From the NCBI RefSeq assembly GCF_018350175.1, contig NC_058368.1, positions 119,042,001-119,106,000 of the forward strand: a DNA stretch of 64,000 nt. The letters run 5' to 3'. This DNA comes from Felis catus. Its lineage: Eukaryota. The notes beneath the pieces were generated by a model, which was not told the origin of the DNA, made no database searches, and saw only the letters and a program-made list of their open reading frames with translations. The position numbers were made by a program, and so were the translations under genes. Below, in pieces: positions 12,592-24,278 of the stretch; positions within the stretch are counted from its first letter, which is position 1, and each line of letters opens with the position of its first letter.

Positions 12592-13599
12592 TGAACATTT
12601 AGTAAGTTCTTAGGAAATCAACGAAGGAAGGCACACTGTAGTCATTATGGTCATTTTGGTGGGAGGGCAAGATGGGAGGCACACAGACAGGAGTCAACTT
12701 CGTAGCTGCCCCCTCTTTCTTCTCAACTCTCTTGGCCTGGCACCAACTCTGTTGATTTTTCCAGCACCCCCTCTCCCCCTGAAAAGTCCCAGAAAGGACT
12801 CCAACCCCCCTTGATCTCGCTTCCCTTCTCTATTTCCCTGCTAGAAACAGGAAGCAGGAGGCGAGAGGGGTCAGGACCACAGGGTTTTGCATCTAAACAC
12901 AAAGATGGCCCAAGCTGTCCAGAGGGCCCTGAGTCTATAGGAGCAAGCAGAGACTTCATACTTGTCAAATTAACCAAGGTCGTGAGGCAGAATTGATGAA
13001 GCTTCTGTTGTGGGAACCAGGCCAACTCAACTCCTTGAACACAGCACAGCCCATCCTTACAGAACTCATCAAGTCAGAAACCACAGGAGGAAAATAGTTA
13101 CTATTTTTCCATTTTTGGTCTGGAGCTCAGGTTTCCTACTCTTCTCTTTGGAAAGGTGATGGCCATTGCTGTGATAATAACACCTTTCTCATCCATGAGG
13201 ACAGGGCAGTGCAACAAATCTGTCCACTTAAATGTATGCTTTTGTCCTTTGCGGCTGAATCTCAGCTTGAAATTTGTATTTCTGAAGTGTGTCCCGACCC
13301 ACTTATCAGAAGGGGAACATCTTCCATAACTACTGAGCCTCTGTTGTGACCATACACAGTTGCTTCTAGGCTCAGAAACCACCAGTGACTCTTTTTTGTT
13401 AGAGAGAAAAATCCAAGTTCTCTGCCAAACATGCAGGCCCCACTTGACTCAAGTTTCCTCTGCAATGTCTCCTTCTGGAAGGTTGCTATGCAGGGGAGTT
13501 CTGCTCAGACACACATCGTTCTTTGACTACTACTTCAGTGTTTGGGTTTTAAGTACCACGGTGGCCCCTTGCCCAGAAGGCCTGTCTTCCTTCTGCCCT

Positions 13600-14345
13600 T
13601 GTCTGACCACCATCTCCACTGGTTCATTCATCAGCACAAACCCTGCCCTCTCCTCCACAGCTACCTCCCACCAAAGCCAATAGCCCCCTGTATCCTCATT
13701 CACTTGACGCTCAGTAGTATTCACCTCTTCGGTTGACCTCTCTTGTCCCCTTCATCTCTGTGATACCCATCTGTCCTTGTCTGCCTGAGCTGTGGATACA
13801 TCTTTTTCTACCCAGACATTAAAGATGGCATTTCTCCAACCGTGGATCTAGACTGTCTCATTTCTCACCTACGTGCAACTGACTCACAAATTTGTATCTC
13901 CATCCTAGATATAGGCTCTGGGTTCTAAATGCTTATATCCAACTCTTAGATTCTCTGCAGTATCTCACTCCCCACGGGTGTGCAAGACAAATTCATGATC
14001 TGCTCCTCACTTCCTCTACCTTCAGTCTTGTCCCTCCTAGGTTTCCTTTTCACAGTGACTGGCATTAGCATCCATCTAGGCATGCACGCCAGAGCTCTGG
14101 GAGTCATCCTGGGCCCTCTTCATACAGACCCACTTCTTCATGCCTACTATGTGCCAGACTCTGGCTCTCGCTCATGTGTGTCAGACTCTCTTGGTTCTCT
14201 GTATACACGTGACCTCTCTGCTTGAAGACTGAAAGTTCCTGGAGAGTGGAGATTCTATCTCTTACGCATCATGCCAGGCCCTAACTTTAGCATACTGCCA
14301 CATTCCTAGCAGGCACTTAGTAAATGCTTACCGACTGCTTCGGCA
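13600..14345 (+). mobile_element. L2 LINE fragments
   Basis: gactcacaaatttgtatctcca…agtgactggcattagcatccatc…ggagtcatcctgg…tagcaggcacttagtaaatgct. Confidence 0.65.
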
Positions 14346-14522
14346 GACAGAGAACAATCTAGGATTCACAACCAAGACAGATTGGCAGAGGCTAAAAGAG
14401 GACTATTCTGTGATTCTTTAGTGCTGCCTAATACCATATGCCTGATTTGAGAAAACATAAGAGTTTTAAGTTCTCTTTATGCTGTTAAACCTGTGATTCC
14501 AGAGAGATGTGCCTTTTTACTT

Positions 14523-14736
14523 AAAAAAATTTTTTTTAATGTTCATTTTTGAGAGAGAGACACAGAGCGTGAGCAGGGTAGAGGCAGAGAGGGAGAAGAA
14601 GAGACAGAATCCAAAGCAGGCTCCAGGCTCTGAGCTGTCAGCACAGAGCCCGATGCGGGGCTCCAAGCCACAAACCGTGAGATAGTGACCTGAGCCAAAG
14701 TCAGACGCTCAACTGACTGAACCACCCAGGCATCCC
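14523..14736 (-). mobile_element. CAN-SINE (SINEC_Fc-type)
   Basis: gagacagaatccaaagcaggctccaggctctgagctgtcagcacagagcccg…gactgaaccacccagg. Confidence 0.95.
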
Positions 14737-14775
14737 AGTGTGTTTTTAAAGCAACGGAGAGCCTAATTTCAAGCA

Positions 14776-15000
14776 TTAAGCTTCTAAGTTTTCAAATGCA
14801 CAGATGGCAGTGGAAGGGCTAGATTCAGAACAATAATTTTGTTCCGTATAGAATAGTCTTGGAATAGGAAGCAAGCATTTCTTCATTGTTTTTTCAAGTA
14901 TTGTGGTGCAACACATCAGGTCATCTGCATAAACAAATGGTTGAGTCCATCCTGTCACAATGTGAAGGGTTATGTAAGGTGAAAAGGCTAGAAGGGAAGT
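14776..15000 (-). mobile_element. Putative ancient non-LTR retrotransposon RT fragment (Vingi/Ingi-like)
   Basis: One open frame reads LLAFSPYIT…FVYADDLMC…SSPSTAICAF: RT catalytic YADD motif plus a downstream P..S..CAF motif at Vingi-like spacing. Confidence 0.35.
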
Positions 15001-15204
15001 GATTTATGAAACTAACCACAGGAAACTAACCCATAGGAAAGGGCCAGATTTACGGCATTTGGTAAACAATTACAGGCATTTTAATATGAAAATCACTAGA
15101 TGGATAGAAATTTTACACATAATTTTGAGGGATTTTTTTTTTTTTTTTTTTTTTTTAGAAAGTAGGGTCTTGACTTAATTAAGTGATATGCTGCACTTTA
15201 TAAA

Positions 15205-15455
15205 ATGTCAAGGACTAGAGGAGGACCTGCCTAGTCCAACCCCTTATCTAATCTCTACTCCCTATACAACAGGTTTGCTGTGTAGTTAATCAGGCTGTAC
15301 TTGAATACCTCCAGTGCTGGTGTAGGTTCACTACCCTATCTTTGAATATATCTGATTATTGGAAAGTTTCAGTTATGTTTGGGCCAAAGTATTTCCACGT
15401 AGCTTTTATGTGTTTACATTCAGTCTTCCCTTTAGAGCTATCCAGAGTAAGTTTG
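15205..15455 (-). mobile_element. CR1/L3 LINE fragment
   Basis: ctagtccaaccc…tacttgaatacctccagtgctgg…ttcactacc…ctgattattggaaagttt matches antisense L3. Confidence 0.7.
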
Positions 15456-15546
15456 AGGACTTGTTTACACAAGGACTGCAGAGAACAGCTCCCAGATTTC
15501 TTAGAATTGAGTTTATTTGTTGTTCATTCATTCAACAAATTTCTTT

Positions 15547-15767
15547 TTTTTCCTTTTTTGTTTTTAAATGTTTATTTTTCAGAAACAGAGCGAGACAGAG
15601 CATGAGCGGGGGAGGGGCAGAGAGAGAGGGAGACACAGAATCCAAAGCAGGCTCCAGGCTCTGAGCTGTCCGCACAGACCCTGACTTGGGGCGCGAACTC
15701 ACAAACCATGAAGTCATGACCTTAGCCGAAGTCAGACTCTTAACTGAGTGAACCACCTGGGCGTCCC
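15547..15767 (-). mobile_element. CAN-SINE (SINEC_Fc-type)
   Basis: Full body; 19-bp TSD tcattcaacaaatttcttt at 15528 and 15768, inserted in an L2 tail. Confidence 0.97.
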
Positions 15768-16139
15768 TCATTCAACAAATTTCTTTATGTTCCACACATA
15801 GTTGAAGAATTGTAGAGACACAGTAATATCTCCAGGGCACCCATCTGTGTCTCCTGTGCTTCCAGTATCTGATACATATACTAGGCATTCAGTGGATATT
15901 AACTAAATGAATGGTGGAGGCTGTGACTCCTTTTTTTTTCCCCCGTGGTTGTCACTCCTAACCAGTGATGCTTACAATCTAGTTTGAGAGGCTCACAGTC
16001 ACAGACAGATGCTTTACAACCATGTTTGTATTCTAGCCATAGCTGATTAGATTCCATGGATACCTAATTAGGGTGGACCAATCAGATTCTCTTCTTTTAC
16101 ATATACCTGAAATATTTTTTTTTTCTAAAAAGGAAAAAA

Positions 16140-16355
16140 GGGGTGCCTGGGTGGCTTAGTCGGTTAAGCATCCGACTTCAGCGCGGGTTATGATCTCGCA
16201 GTTCGTGAGTTTGAGACCTGCATTGGGCTCTGTGCTGACAGCTCAGAGCCTGGAGCTTGCTTCCGATTCTGTGTCTATGTTTCTCTCTGCCCCTCCCCTA
16301 GTCATGCTCTCTCTCTTTCTCTCAAAAATAAACATTAAAAAAATTGTTTTAAAAA
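16140..16355 (+). mobile_element. CAN-SINE (SINEC_Fc-type)
   Basis: ggggtgcctgggtggcttagtcggttaag…; TSD aaaaggaaaa. Confidence 0.96.
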
Positions 16356-16399
16356 AGGAAAAGGAAACAATGGAAATTCTGACAGTCGTGTTTGGCTGA

Positions 16400-16790
16400 A
16401 CTATAGCTATTGATAAATTCCTTTCTTCCTTGCCAAATACTTCCCAGTCTCTCTTGCATTAAATGTGGCCATGAGACAGTTTTAATGAATGAGATATAAG
16501 CAAAACTCTTTTTTGACTTTTCTCAGAAGTCTTTTGCTTTTCTGATATTGTGGTCAAATCAAGCTAGTGGCACTTCTCCTCTCCTTTTCCCTTTTTTGAA
16601 CATGGATGAGATGTCTGGAGCTCTGATGGCCAACTTGCAACCATGAGGGAAGGTCAAGAGAATCACAGAGATGTTAACTTTAACATCATTGAACCACTGA
16701 CCCAATGCCAGGAGTTACCTGTCTCTAGATACCTTGCTATGTAAAAACAAACAAATAAGCAAACCTCTGTTTAAGACCCTGTAGACCAGC
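16400..16790 (+). mobile_element. MaLR (MLT1I/J-like) LTR
   Basis: ttcccagtctctcttgcattaaatgtggccatgagac…atgtctggagctctgatggccaacttgcaaccatgagg…ctgtttaagaccctg. Confidence 0.7.
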
Positions 16791-16839
16791 GTATTTTAAA
16801 TCCTTTTTGTTCTCATGGTATGCTGTAAGAAGTATTATT

Positions 16840-17051
16840 TTTTTTAAATGTTTTTTTTTATTTATTTTTGAGACAGAGACAGAGCATGAGCAGGGGAGGG
16901 GCAGAGAGAGAGGGAGACACAGAATCTGAAACGGGCTCCAGGCTCCGAGCTGTCAGCACAGAGCCCGACGCGGGGCTCGAACTCACAGACCATGAGATCG
17001 TGACCTGAGCCGAAGTCGGACGCTTAACCGACTGAGCCACCCAGGCGCCCC
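16840..17051 (-). mobile_element. Young CAN-SINE (SINEC_Fc-type), CpG-rich
   Basis: Near-consensus with intact CpGs; perfect 16-bp TSD tgtaagaagtattatt (16824-16839 and 17052-17067). Confidence 0.98.
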
Positions 17052-18399
17052 TGTAAGAAGTATTATTAAGTCCCACCATATCCTGTTCCACTTTGCTAAT
17101 ATCTCTTTCAGTGAGGCACCTCAAACTGAAGCCAATACTCCAGAGGAGTCATATTTATATCTAATAAAGGAAGGCTGTGACCTGCCTCATTTTAATTTGT
17201 ATTTACTTATATCATTACTATCCAAGATCAAGCTTGCTGTTTTGGTAGGCTCATAACACTGGTGATCCAACTTAAACTTATAGTTAAGTCGAGTCCTAGC
17301 ACCTTTGACAAGTAGTTTAAGGTTTAAAGAGCAGTAGGAGGTATAATTCATTTTACTGATGAGCACAGTCTCAGAGAGGCTCAATTATTTTCCCCAAGGC
17401 CTCACAAGTCACAAGGTTTCCTTTATCCTTTCTTCTTCTGAGATTTTCTCTTCAGTCTGCTCCAGTAGGTCCCCATGTAGCCAAGCTTGCATTCTTGCTT
17501 CTAGCTGGCAGGCTCAGGGGTGGATACCTGGTTGAAGCTGGGCCAGTGAATTATCTCTTTCGGATGCTTTCAGGACTGAAAACTGGCTCTGATTTCTAAG
17601 AATTTAGTGCAATGGATGTGGTGAGGGACTCAAAGCTCAAATATTATTTCAGGAATATGCTAATCTGACAGAGCTGATATTCCCAGGTTATCAGGGATCA
17701 GAGCAGAAAATGCCTCCTGCAGAGATTGGTCCACCCCCTGACACTGTGCCCACACCTGACCTGATCCAGCGCTGGCGTCCTGGCCCAATGCTACTCTGGC
17801 TTAGGCACTGTTCCCTGTCATTGCCTCTCCACATGCAACCTAATATCCTTTTTCTTTCTTCCCTTGAAAGAATGACATGCTATAACATCTCTTGTCATGG
17901 GGTGAGAAATGCACGTTTTCTTGTAAGTGCTATATATTCATTCTCTCTCTGTGTTCATCTATAGTAAAATCTACAAAAAGAAAGCAACAGAAAGAAATCA
18001 TTCTTCATCCCAAGGTAGGGAAAGATTTAACAGACTACAAGCTATTAGGAATTGATGATATTTTTCCTCCTATGGTTACTGAGGGTTTTGACAGTTTTCA
18101 TGAAAAGCAGAATTCAAACATTAGAAGGAAAGTGATTTCAGTGCAAGGGCCTCTTTAGTAGGAAAGGGAGGGCACCTAGGTCTTGGCCTTTTTCACATGC
18201 ATGGGATTGGCCTTGAGCATTTTGGGTTTATGCAATAACTTGGGTGTATCTTGTACTTTCATTCCTGAAGAGTTTAGTGAATTTTTCTTCTGAGAAAGCC
18301 TAGAGTCAAGTGACATGTTTTAGATCACAAGAACTCTCAAATTTCATTTTTAATTAACTGAAACAATCTGATCTTTCTTTGTTCTAGAATCAACTGTTA

Positions 18400-18570
18400 T
18401 TTCTCTCTTTCTCTCTTCCTCTTTCTTTTTCTTTCCTTCTTTCCTTCCTTCTCTCTCTCCTGTCCTCCCTTCCATCCATTCTTCTTTCTTTTTTCCTTCC
18501 TTCCTTCCTTCCTTCCTTCACTCCTTCCTTCCTTCCTTTCTTCCTTACTTCCCTTGTTTCTTTTTTCTTT
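18400..18570 (+). repeat. (TTCC)n / CT-rich low-complexity tract
   Basis: Polypyrimidine run with ttcc units. Confidence 0.9.
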
Positions 18571-20104
18571 TGGAGTAGAAGGTTTGAAGAATAATGATTA
18601 TTTCTGAAGAATAGTCTTCAGGAAAAACAAAATAGTGAAGGTAATTTCCATAAAGACCCCTGTTCACGGTAGCAACCCCCACCTGATAATTAAACCCATT
18701 GAGAGAGATGGGTATGGAATTCAACTAACATCTTGTTTCTCTGCAGGAAATGTTTACATAGCTACCATATTGCTGACCATCACTTGCGACTAAGAAAATT
18801 TTCGAATGTGAGGGGAAGATAGAAGAGATTTCTTGGAAGCAAACAAAACAACCTATTAGGTCAAAATGATCATACGGGGAGTCCCTGTGCATTTTGCACG
18901 AAGCATAACTTTATGGAAAATACAGATTGAGGCAATTAGGCCTTTCCAACTTTATGCAAGCAGTAGCAATGGGAAGTATGCCAAGAGGGATGATTAAGGA
19001 TTAAACAACAACATGGGAACTTGATCAGAAGCTCCAAAATCTTGTTGCCAGCATCTGATATTCTTATATCACCTCCTCCTTGATTGTGAAAGGCAGAGGC
19101 CCTTCTCCTGGACCCCACCCCTTAGTCTACTTACTGCTCAAGGGAAAGTTGGGGAAGAGAAGGATTCTGTCTCAACCAACTTCTAAAAGGGAACCCAGCC
19201 AAGACAGGCAGGAAGAAGCATGCTCATTTCCAACCTTTTTGGCAAGCTCAAATGGGAGCAAAAGCCACTGCCAATTCTATTTTTTAATACAGATTTAAAA
19301 AGGGTTTTGTCCATACATGCAAAGGGAAGTGCACATTGCGCCGTGTTAATTTAAGCAGCCCAACATTTTTTTTTAATTAAAAGAAAAGTTTAAACCTTTT
19401 TCTGATTATCCAGGTACTTGTGTTTCATGTGGTAGATACAAATCGGGTAAAAGCCTGAAGTGCAGTGATTTCTTCTCTAAGTCATGAGGAAGCCACCCAG
19501 CCCGACATTTGATCTCCCCACCTTCCCAGGCTGGCCCAGAGACCACCCCTGAGACTTTCCAGTCTGAAACTAGGACTAAAAATCTCTTTCCTTGTGGCAA
19601 CAGTGTTGAGTTCCTAGATCTGGCGGACCCTGACCAGAGCGTCACTTTGATGGTTTGAGTTGGAAAGATCTCCAGAGACAAGAAGAGAACAAGAGACAGT
19701 GAGCCCTAGAGAATCCACGAGACCCCGTTCTCCCTGCACAATCGGCAACTATTCCCACAGCCTGTATGTTCCCCAACAATATTTCAAAAGTTTATTTGAC
19801 ATTTCCCATGAAAAATGTGTGCTCAAAAGATCATACATAGAGAAACATTCATTTATTTATTTTGTAACAAATGTAACAGCTTTTTAATATTCTAGTTCTT
19901 TTTCACTGCAACATTTGTTGGTCTTATGCCATCACAAATAATGTTGCGATGACCATCCTTCTATGCATGCCTTATACACTTGTTTCTCTTTCACTCAAGT
20001 TCTTGGAAGTGAAGTCATTGGTAAAGGGTGTTTTTGTCTCTTTTGAGTATCCCACAATGCCCAACCATGCTCACTGAGTAAAGAACACATGGTATGTGCT
20101 AAAC

Positions 20105-20260
20105 AGGAGACAGTATAGCATCATGATTGGAGCACCACCTCTGCAATCAGTCAGTCCCAGCTCTGTAACTCATGGCTCATGTGACCTTAGGTAAGTTATT
20201 TCACCTTTCAAAAGCAGAATTTACCACCTATGAATTGGAACAATAAATAGTAACATCTTG
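20105..20260 (+). mobile_element. MIR SINE
   Basis: acagtatagcatcatgattggagc…tcccagctctgtaactc…tgtgaccttaggtaagtta. Confidence 0.75.
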
Positions 20261-20269
20261 AAGTACCTA

Positions 20270-20455
20270 CGTACCAGGTACTGTTTTAAGCACTGGACTC
20301 ATCGACTTCTCAAATAACCTTATAATGCAGATACTCTTAGTATCCTTTTTTATGGATGAGGAAAGTAGGCACAGAAAAGTTACCAACTTTGCCCAAGGTC
20401 ACACAGCTGGGAAGTAGTGGGGCCAGGAAGTCTGGCTCCAGCGCCCATCTTTTAA
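20270..20455 (-). mobile_element. MIR SINE
   Basis: tatggatgaggaaagtaggcacagaaaagtt…ttgcccaaggtcacacagct. Confidence 0.8.
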
Positions 20456-20466
20456 ATACTTTTTCA

Positions 20467-20680
20467 GGGGTGCCTGGGTGGCTCATTCAGTTAAGCATCC
20501 AACTCTTGATCTAGGCTCAGGTCATGATCTCATGGTTTGTGAGTTTGAGCCCCGTGTTGGACTTCTCACTGATGGTGCGGAACTTGCCTGGGATTCTGTC
20601 TCTCCCTCTCTTTCTGCTCCTCCCCTGCTCTCTCTCGCTCACTCGCTCTCAAAATAAATAAATAAACTTAAAAAAAAATT
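20467..20680 (+). mobile_element. CAN-SINE (host of a tail-inserted antisense SINE)
   Basis: Full body; TSD actttttca before 20467 and after ~20914. Confidence 0.95.
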
Positions 20681-20684
20681 TTAA

Positions 20685-20891
20685 AAAATATTTTTATTTA
20701 TTTTTGAGACAGAGAGACAGAGCATGAGCAGGGGAGGGGCAGAGAGAGAGAGGGAGACACAGACTCCGAAGCAGGCTCCAGGCTCTGAGCTCTCAGCACA
20801 GAGCCTGATGCGGGGTTTGAACTCACAAATTGTGAGATCATGACCTGAGCTGAAGTTGGATGCTTAACCGACTGAGCCACCCAGGCACCTC
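20685..20891 (-). mobile_element. CAN-SINE inserted antisense in the tail of the preceding SINE
   Basis: Full body; flanked by duplicated ataaataaactt. Confidence 0.95.
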
Positions 20892-21684
20892 TATAAATAA
20901 ACTTTAAAAACCCCACTTTTTCATAAGGGACTTCCATATAATGATGAGAACTGATAGTGAAAAGATAGGTAGATATGTAGGTAGGCAGGTAGGCAATGGA
21001 GAGAGAGAAAGAGAGACAGAGATAGAATTTAATATGATGGTGTGTGGCATTTATGAATTCACATGGCTTCGCTACAACAAAGGTACAATGTCAATCCCTC
21101 CTCCTGCAAGGCACAGCCTCAAAGGATGGACAAGGATGGCCTGATCAATTTCTTTAAGATTTCATTTCTATGAAGAGGAAGGCTGGGAACTGAGAAGCCT
21201 ATGACTCTGAAGAACTTCTGGAGTTGAATCTTTTAGCACAGAAATCAACAGAATTGTGGAAATATGTATATTCCTTAGATTGGAATCAAGTGTATTGATT
21301 AGGAACATTGTAATAACTGTAAGAAATTAACCTTCCAACTGCACAAGCGGAAACGGGGATGGAGCTAGCTAGGAACTTGACCCCGGTAAGGAACAATGGA
21401 CTGTCAGGCCAAGCCATTTGGGGAAATTTCTTCTGACCGAGTAAAGTGTGATACTCCAGGGGGTTCAGCGGGGTTCCTAAAGGGCAAGGCAGGTTGTTCC
21501 TGGTTAAGTGCTTTTCATTCATCATCTTATTTAACCCTCATACTAGCTGTTTGAGGAAGCAGAATATTGTCCTTGTTTGACCAACGAAGAAGCTGAGGCA
21601 CAGAGAGGTGATGTGACTTCCCCAGGAGTCTGCTCTTCTCCATCACAATTAGCTTGAAGAGGATGTGGAAATTTCTCCCATGGA

Positions 21685-21900
21685 GAGCACAGTCAGGATG
21701 ACAGAGACCAGGGTTTGTGTCCTGTGTCTGCCACTAACTAGCTGAGTGACCTTGGGTAGCAAATGTGGTAACTCCAAATCTCTGTGTTCTCATCCCTAAA
21801 ACGAGGGTAGGAGTTGTGCCTAAATTACAGATGGTGGAATAGATGAGGCAATTCATATAGAACACTAAACACAGTGACTGGCACATGGTTAGCACCCAAG
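21685..21900 (+). mobile_element. MIR SINE
   Basis: ctgccactaactagctgagtgaccttggg…acagtgactggcacatggttagcac. Confidence 0.75.
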
Positions 21901-21909
21901 AAATCTATC

Positions 21910-22210
21910 GAGGATCAGGAGATGAGTACCGAGTAATGTATAGAATTATTTTTTATTTTTTTTTTCCGCCAGGGGAATTTGTACTTTGTTTTATTTTTTA
22001 ATTCATTCTCAAGTTAGTTAACATACAGTGTTAACTTTGGCTTGGCTTTAGGAGTAGAATACAGTGATTCATCACTGACATATGACACCCAGTGGTCATC
22101 CCATCGAGTAATGTATAAAATTGTTGAATCACTATCTTGTACACCTGAAACTAATTTAACACTATGTTAATTACCCTGGAATGAAAAAAGTAAATACATT
22201 TTAAAAAAGA
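21910..22210 (+). mobile_element. Carnivore L1 3' end fragment, interrupted by an antisense L1 insertion
   Basis: gagtaatgtatagaattgttgaatcactatcttgtacacctgaaactaat is the carnivore L1 3' terminus. Confidence 0.8.
21948..22104 (-). mobile_element. 5'-truncated carnivore/felid L1 3' end with double tail
   Basis: caagttagttaacatacagtg…ggagtagaatacagtgattcatc…acacccagtg; 18-bp TSD cgagtaatgtata(g/a)aatt at 21930 and 22105. Confidence 0.8.
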
Positions 22211-22824
22211 ATCAGGAAATACAATTTTATTACTATTATTTTTCTGGCGTCAAAAATCACAATGTTTACTGATTAGGCCCTTTACATCTAGACTGTAACT
22301 ACTTCATAGAGTAATGAGTATTAAAGTGTCTCTTGCTTAGGAAGTAGAATAAATACGGTGTATACCATATGTCAAGAGTTCTAATGAAGTCGAGACTACT
22401 GTTGTGGATTATTTTTACCAGCAACCTGCCAGACTCCATGTGGCTTCAGACTTGCCCTCTGTGGGACTGAACTGTGCTATCCATGAGGGAATGATCCAGC
22501 TATAATCTGTAAATTATTAACAAAAATGAAAAATCTAAGGAAAATTCACAAAAATAATCACCCTAGCATAAAGAATAAACCCTTGCCTCATCTTACTAGA
22601 AAGAAGAATTTGTCTTTGTGGTAAAAAGCCAGGTACAGGATAGTTGTTTTTTGTTTTTGTTTTTTTTTTTTTTAAGAGAAATGGTATTTCATTGTAAAAT
22701 AATGATAATACTCACTGTTTAGAAGCCCTAACTATGACTTAGCCTAGGCCATATTGCTGACACCCATCAGTTTATTCAGTCCTCACAACAATCCTAAGAG
22801 GTTGACAGTGGCATTTATCTCCTT

Positions 22825-23040
22825 AAAAAATTTTTTTTTAAATGTTTATTTATTTTTGAAGGAGAGACAGAGTGTGAGCAGGGGAGGGGCAGAGAGAGAG
22901 AGGGAGACACAGAATCCAAAGCAGGCTCCAGGCTCTGAGCTGTCAGTGCAGAGCCAGACGTGGGATTGAACCCAGGAACAATGAGATCGTGACCTGAGCC
23001 AAAGTTGGATGCTCAACCGACTGAGCCACCCACGCGCCCC
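22825..23040 (-). mobile_element. CAN-SINE nested in a MIR
   Basis: Full body; TSD atttatctcctt. Confidence 0.96.
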
Positions 23041-23899
23041 AAGTATTTATCTCCTTTTGATTAAAAAAGAAGCTAAGAAGCTCAAGAGAAGTGACTTGTT
23101 GGATTTATCACCTTCTCTGTTCTCCCCCTTTCCCCAAATCTTGTTAATAAGAGATATATTGTGAAGAGCTGGACTAAATAGCCGACAAACTTCTGTAATG
23201 GATTATTTAAAAATTGCTCTACATATAGTTACAGTTTTATTGTATGACATGATGACATGTGGTAAGTAGTTTCTTGGCTTAGTTCAAATCACAGACTTTC
23301 TCAATTATGGGCTATAATGAGCTTTAAAAATGAAGGGCCCTGCTTGTTTTGAAACCCTGAAGAAAAAGGATGGGGAAAGTAGATTTCCTGACTTTCTGTG
23401 CCCCTACCAAGAAGGTTCCCTCCTGTGCGGAGCTGACCCAAGGCCAGCTATCCCCTCCCACAACCTGAGGAAGACTCCTTCAGGAGGGCCCCCTCACCCT
23501 CACCTCCTGCTGTGGGGAGCAGGGGCGGGGGGGGGGGGAAATGATGAAGAGAACTTCAGTATTGAAGTTGTTAAAAGAGAACGCACATGGGGAAAGACTG
23601 GCCTGAAACTAAGAAGCTTGGTGTGATCCCTCAAGTCAGGGTCAGCAAATTTCTGAGCTGTGGGCCTGGATGGAGCCTCAAGCATGACTTTTCCATCAGG
23701 ACAGCCCTAATGCAAATAGGAAACAGATGGGGTGAAGCCGAGGCTCTCTGAGGAAGTCTCCCTTGTGGACACCCCTTCAGCCTGAGAGGACCAGGCTGTG
23801 GCAGGAGATGTAGGCTGGCTCACCATGGTACCAGTTACTCTGGCCTTAAATGGGCTGCAATCATGTACAGCTTTGCACAGAATTTCCAGTTCCTCCCTC

Positions 23900-24278
23900 A
23901 TATTTCCTTGCACGCCCCTCACAAGCTTCCTGTGTCAGAAGTCATGACCTGTGATTTCCCCTGTACGGAAATTTCTTCCCTCAACTCCTACTCCAGGCCT
24001 CACCTCCTGAGAGCTTTTCCCTGCCCACCTTCCCTGAGGAAGGTCTTTCCTGGTATCTCGCCTTCCTTCTTGTTTGTTCCCTTAATGGCATGTGGTGTGA
24101 GTTTAATTCCAAGTCTTCCTCTTGGTTCATCTGTTGAGTGCCTGTTTCTGCCATCAATCTGTAAATCTCACAAGGGCATAGCTGACCGTTTAAGCGTTGA
24201 TTCCAGTGCAGAGCATAGAGCTGAGATTAGAGTAGGTGTTCAATAAATGTTTGCCAAATAAATAAAGGAAGGAATGAA
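23900..24278 (+). mobile_element. L2 3' fragment
   Basis: ctgtaaatctcacaagggca…agtaggtgttcaataaatgtttgccaaataaataaaggaaggaatgaa. Confidence 0.7.

Noticed and set aside
23513..23538. G-runs (also 11745-11772) as G-quadruplex elements
   Set aside because: Common low-complexity tracts with no contextual support.
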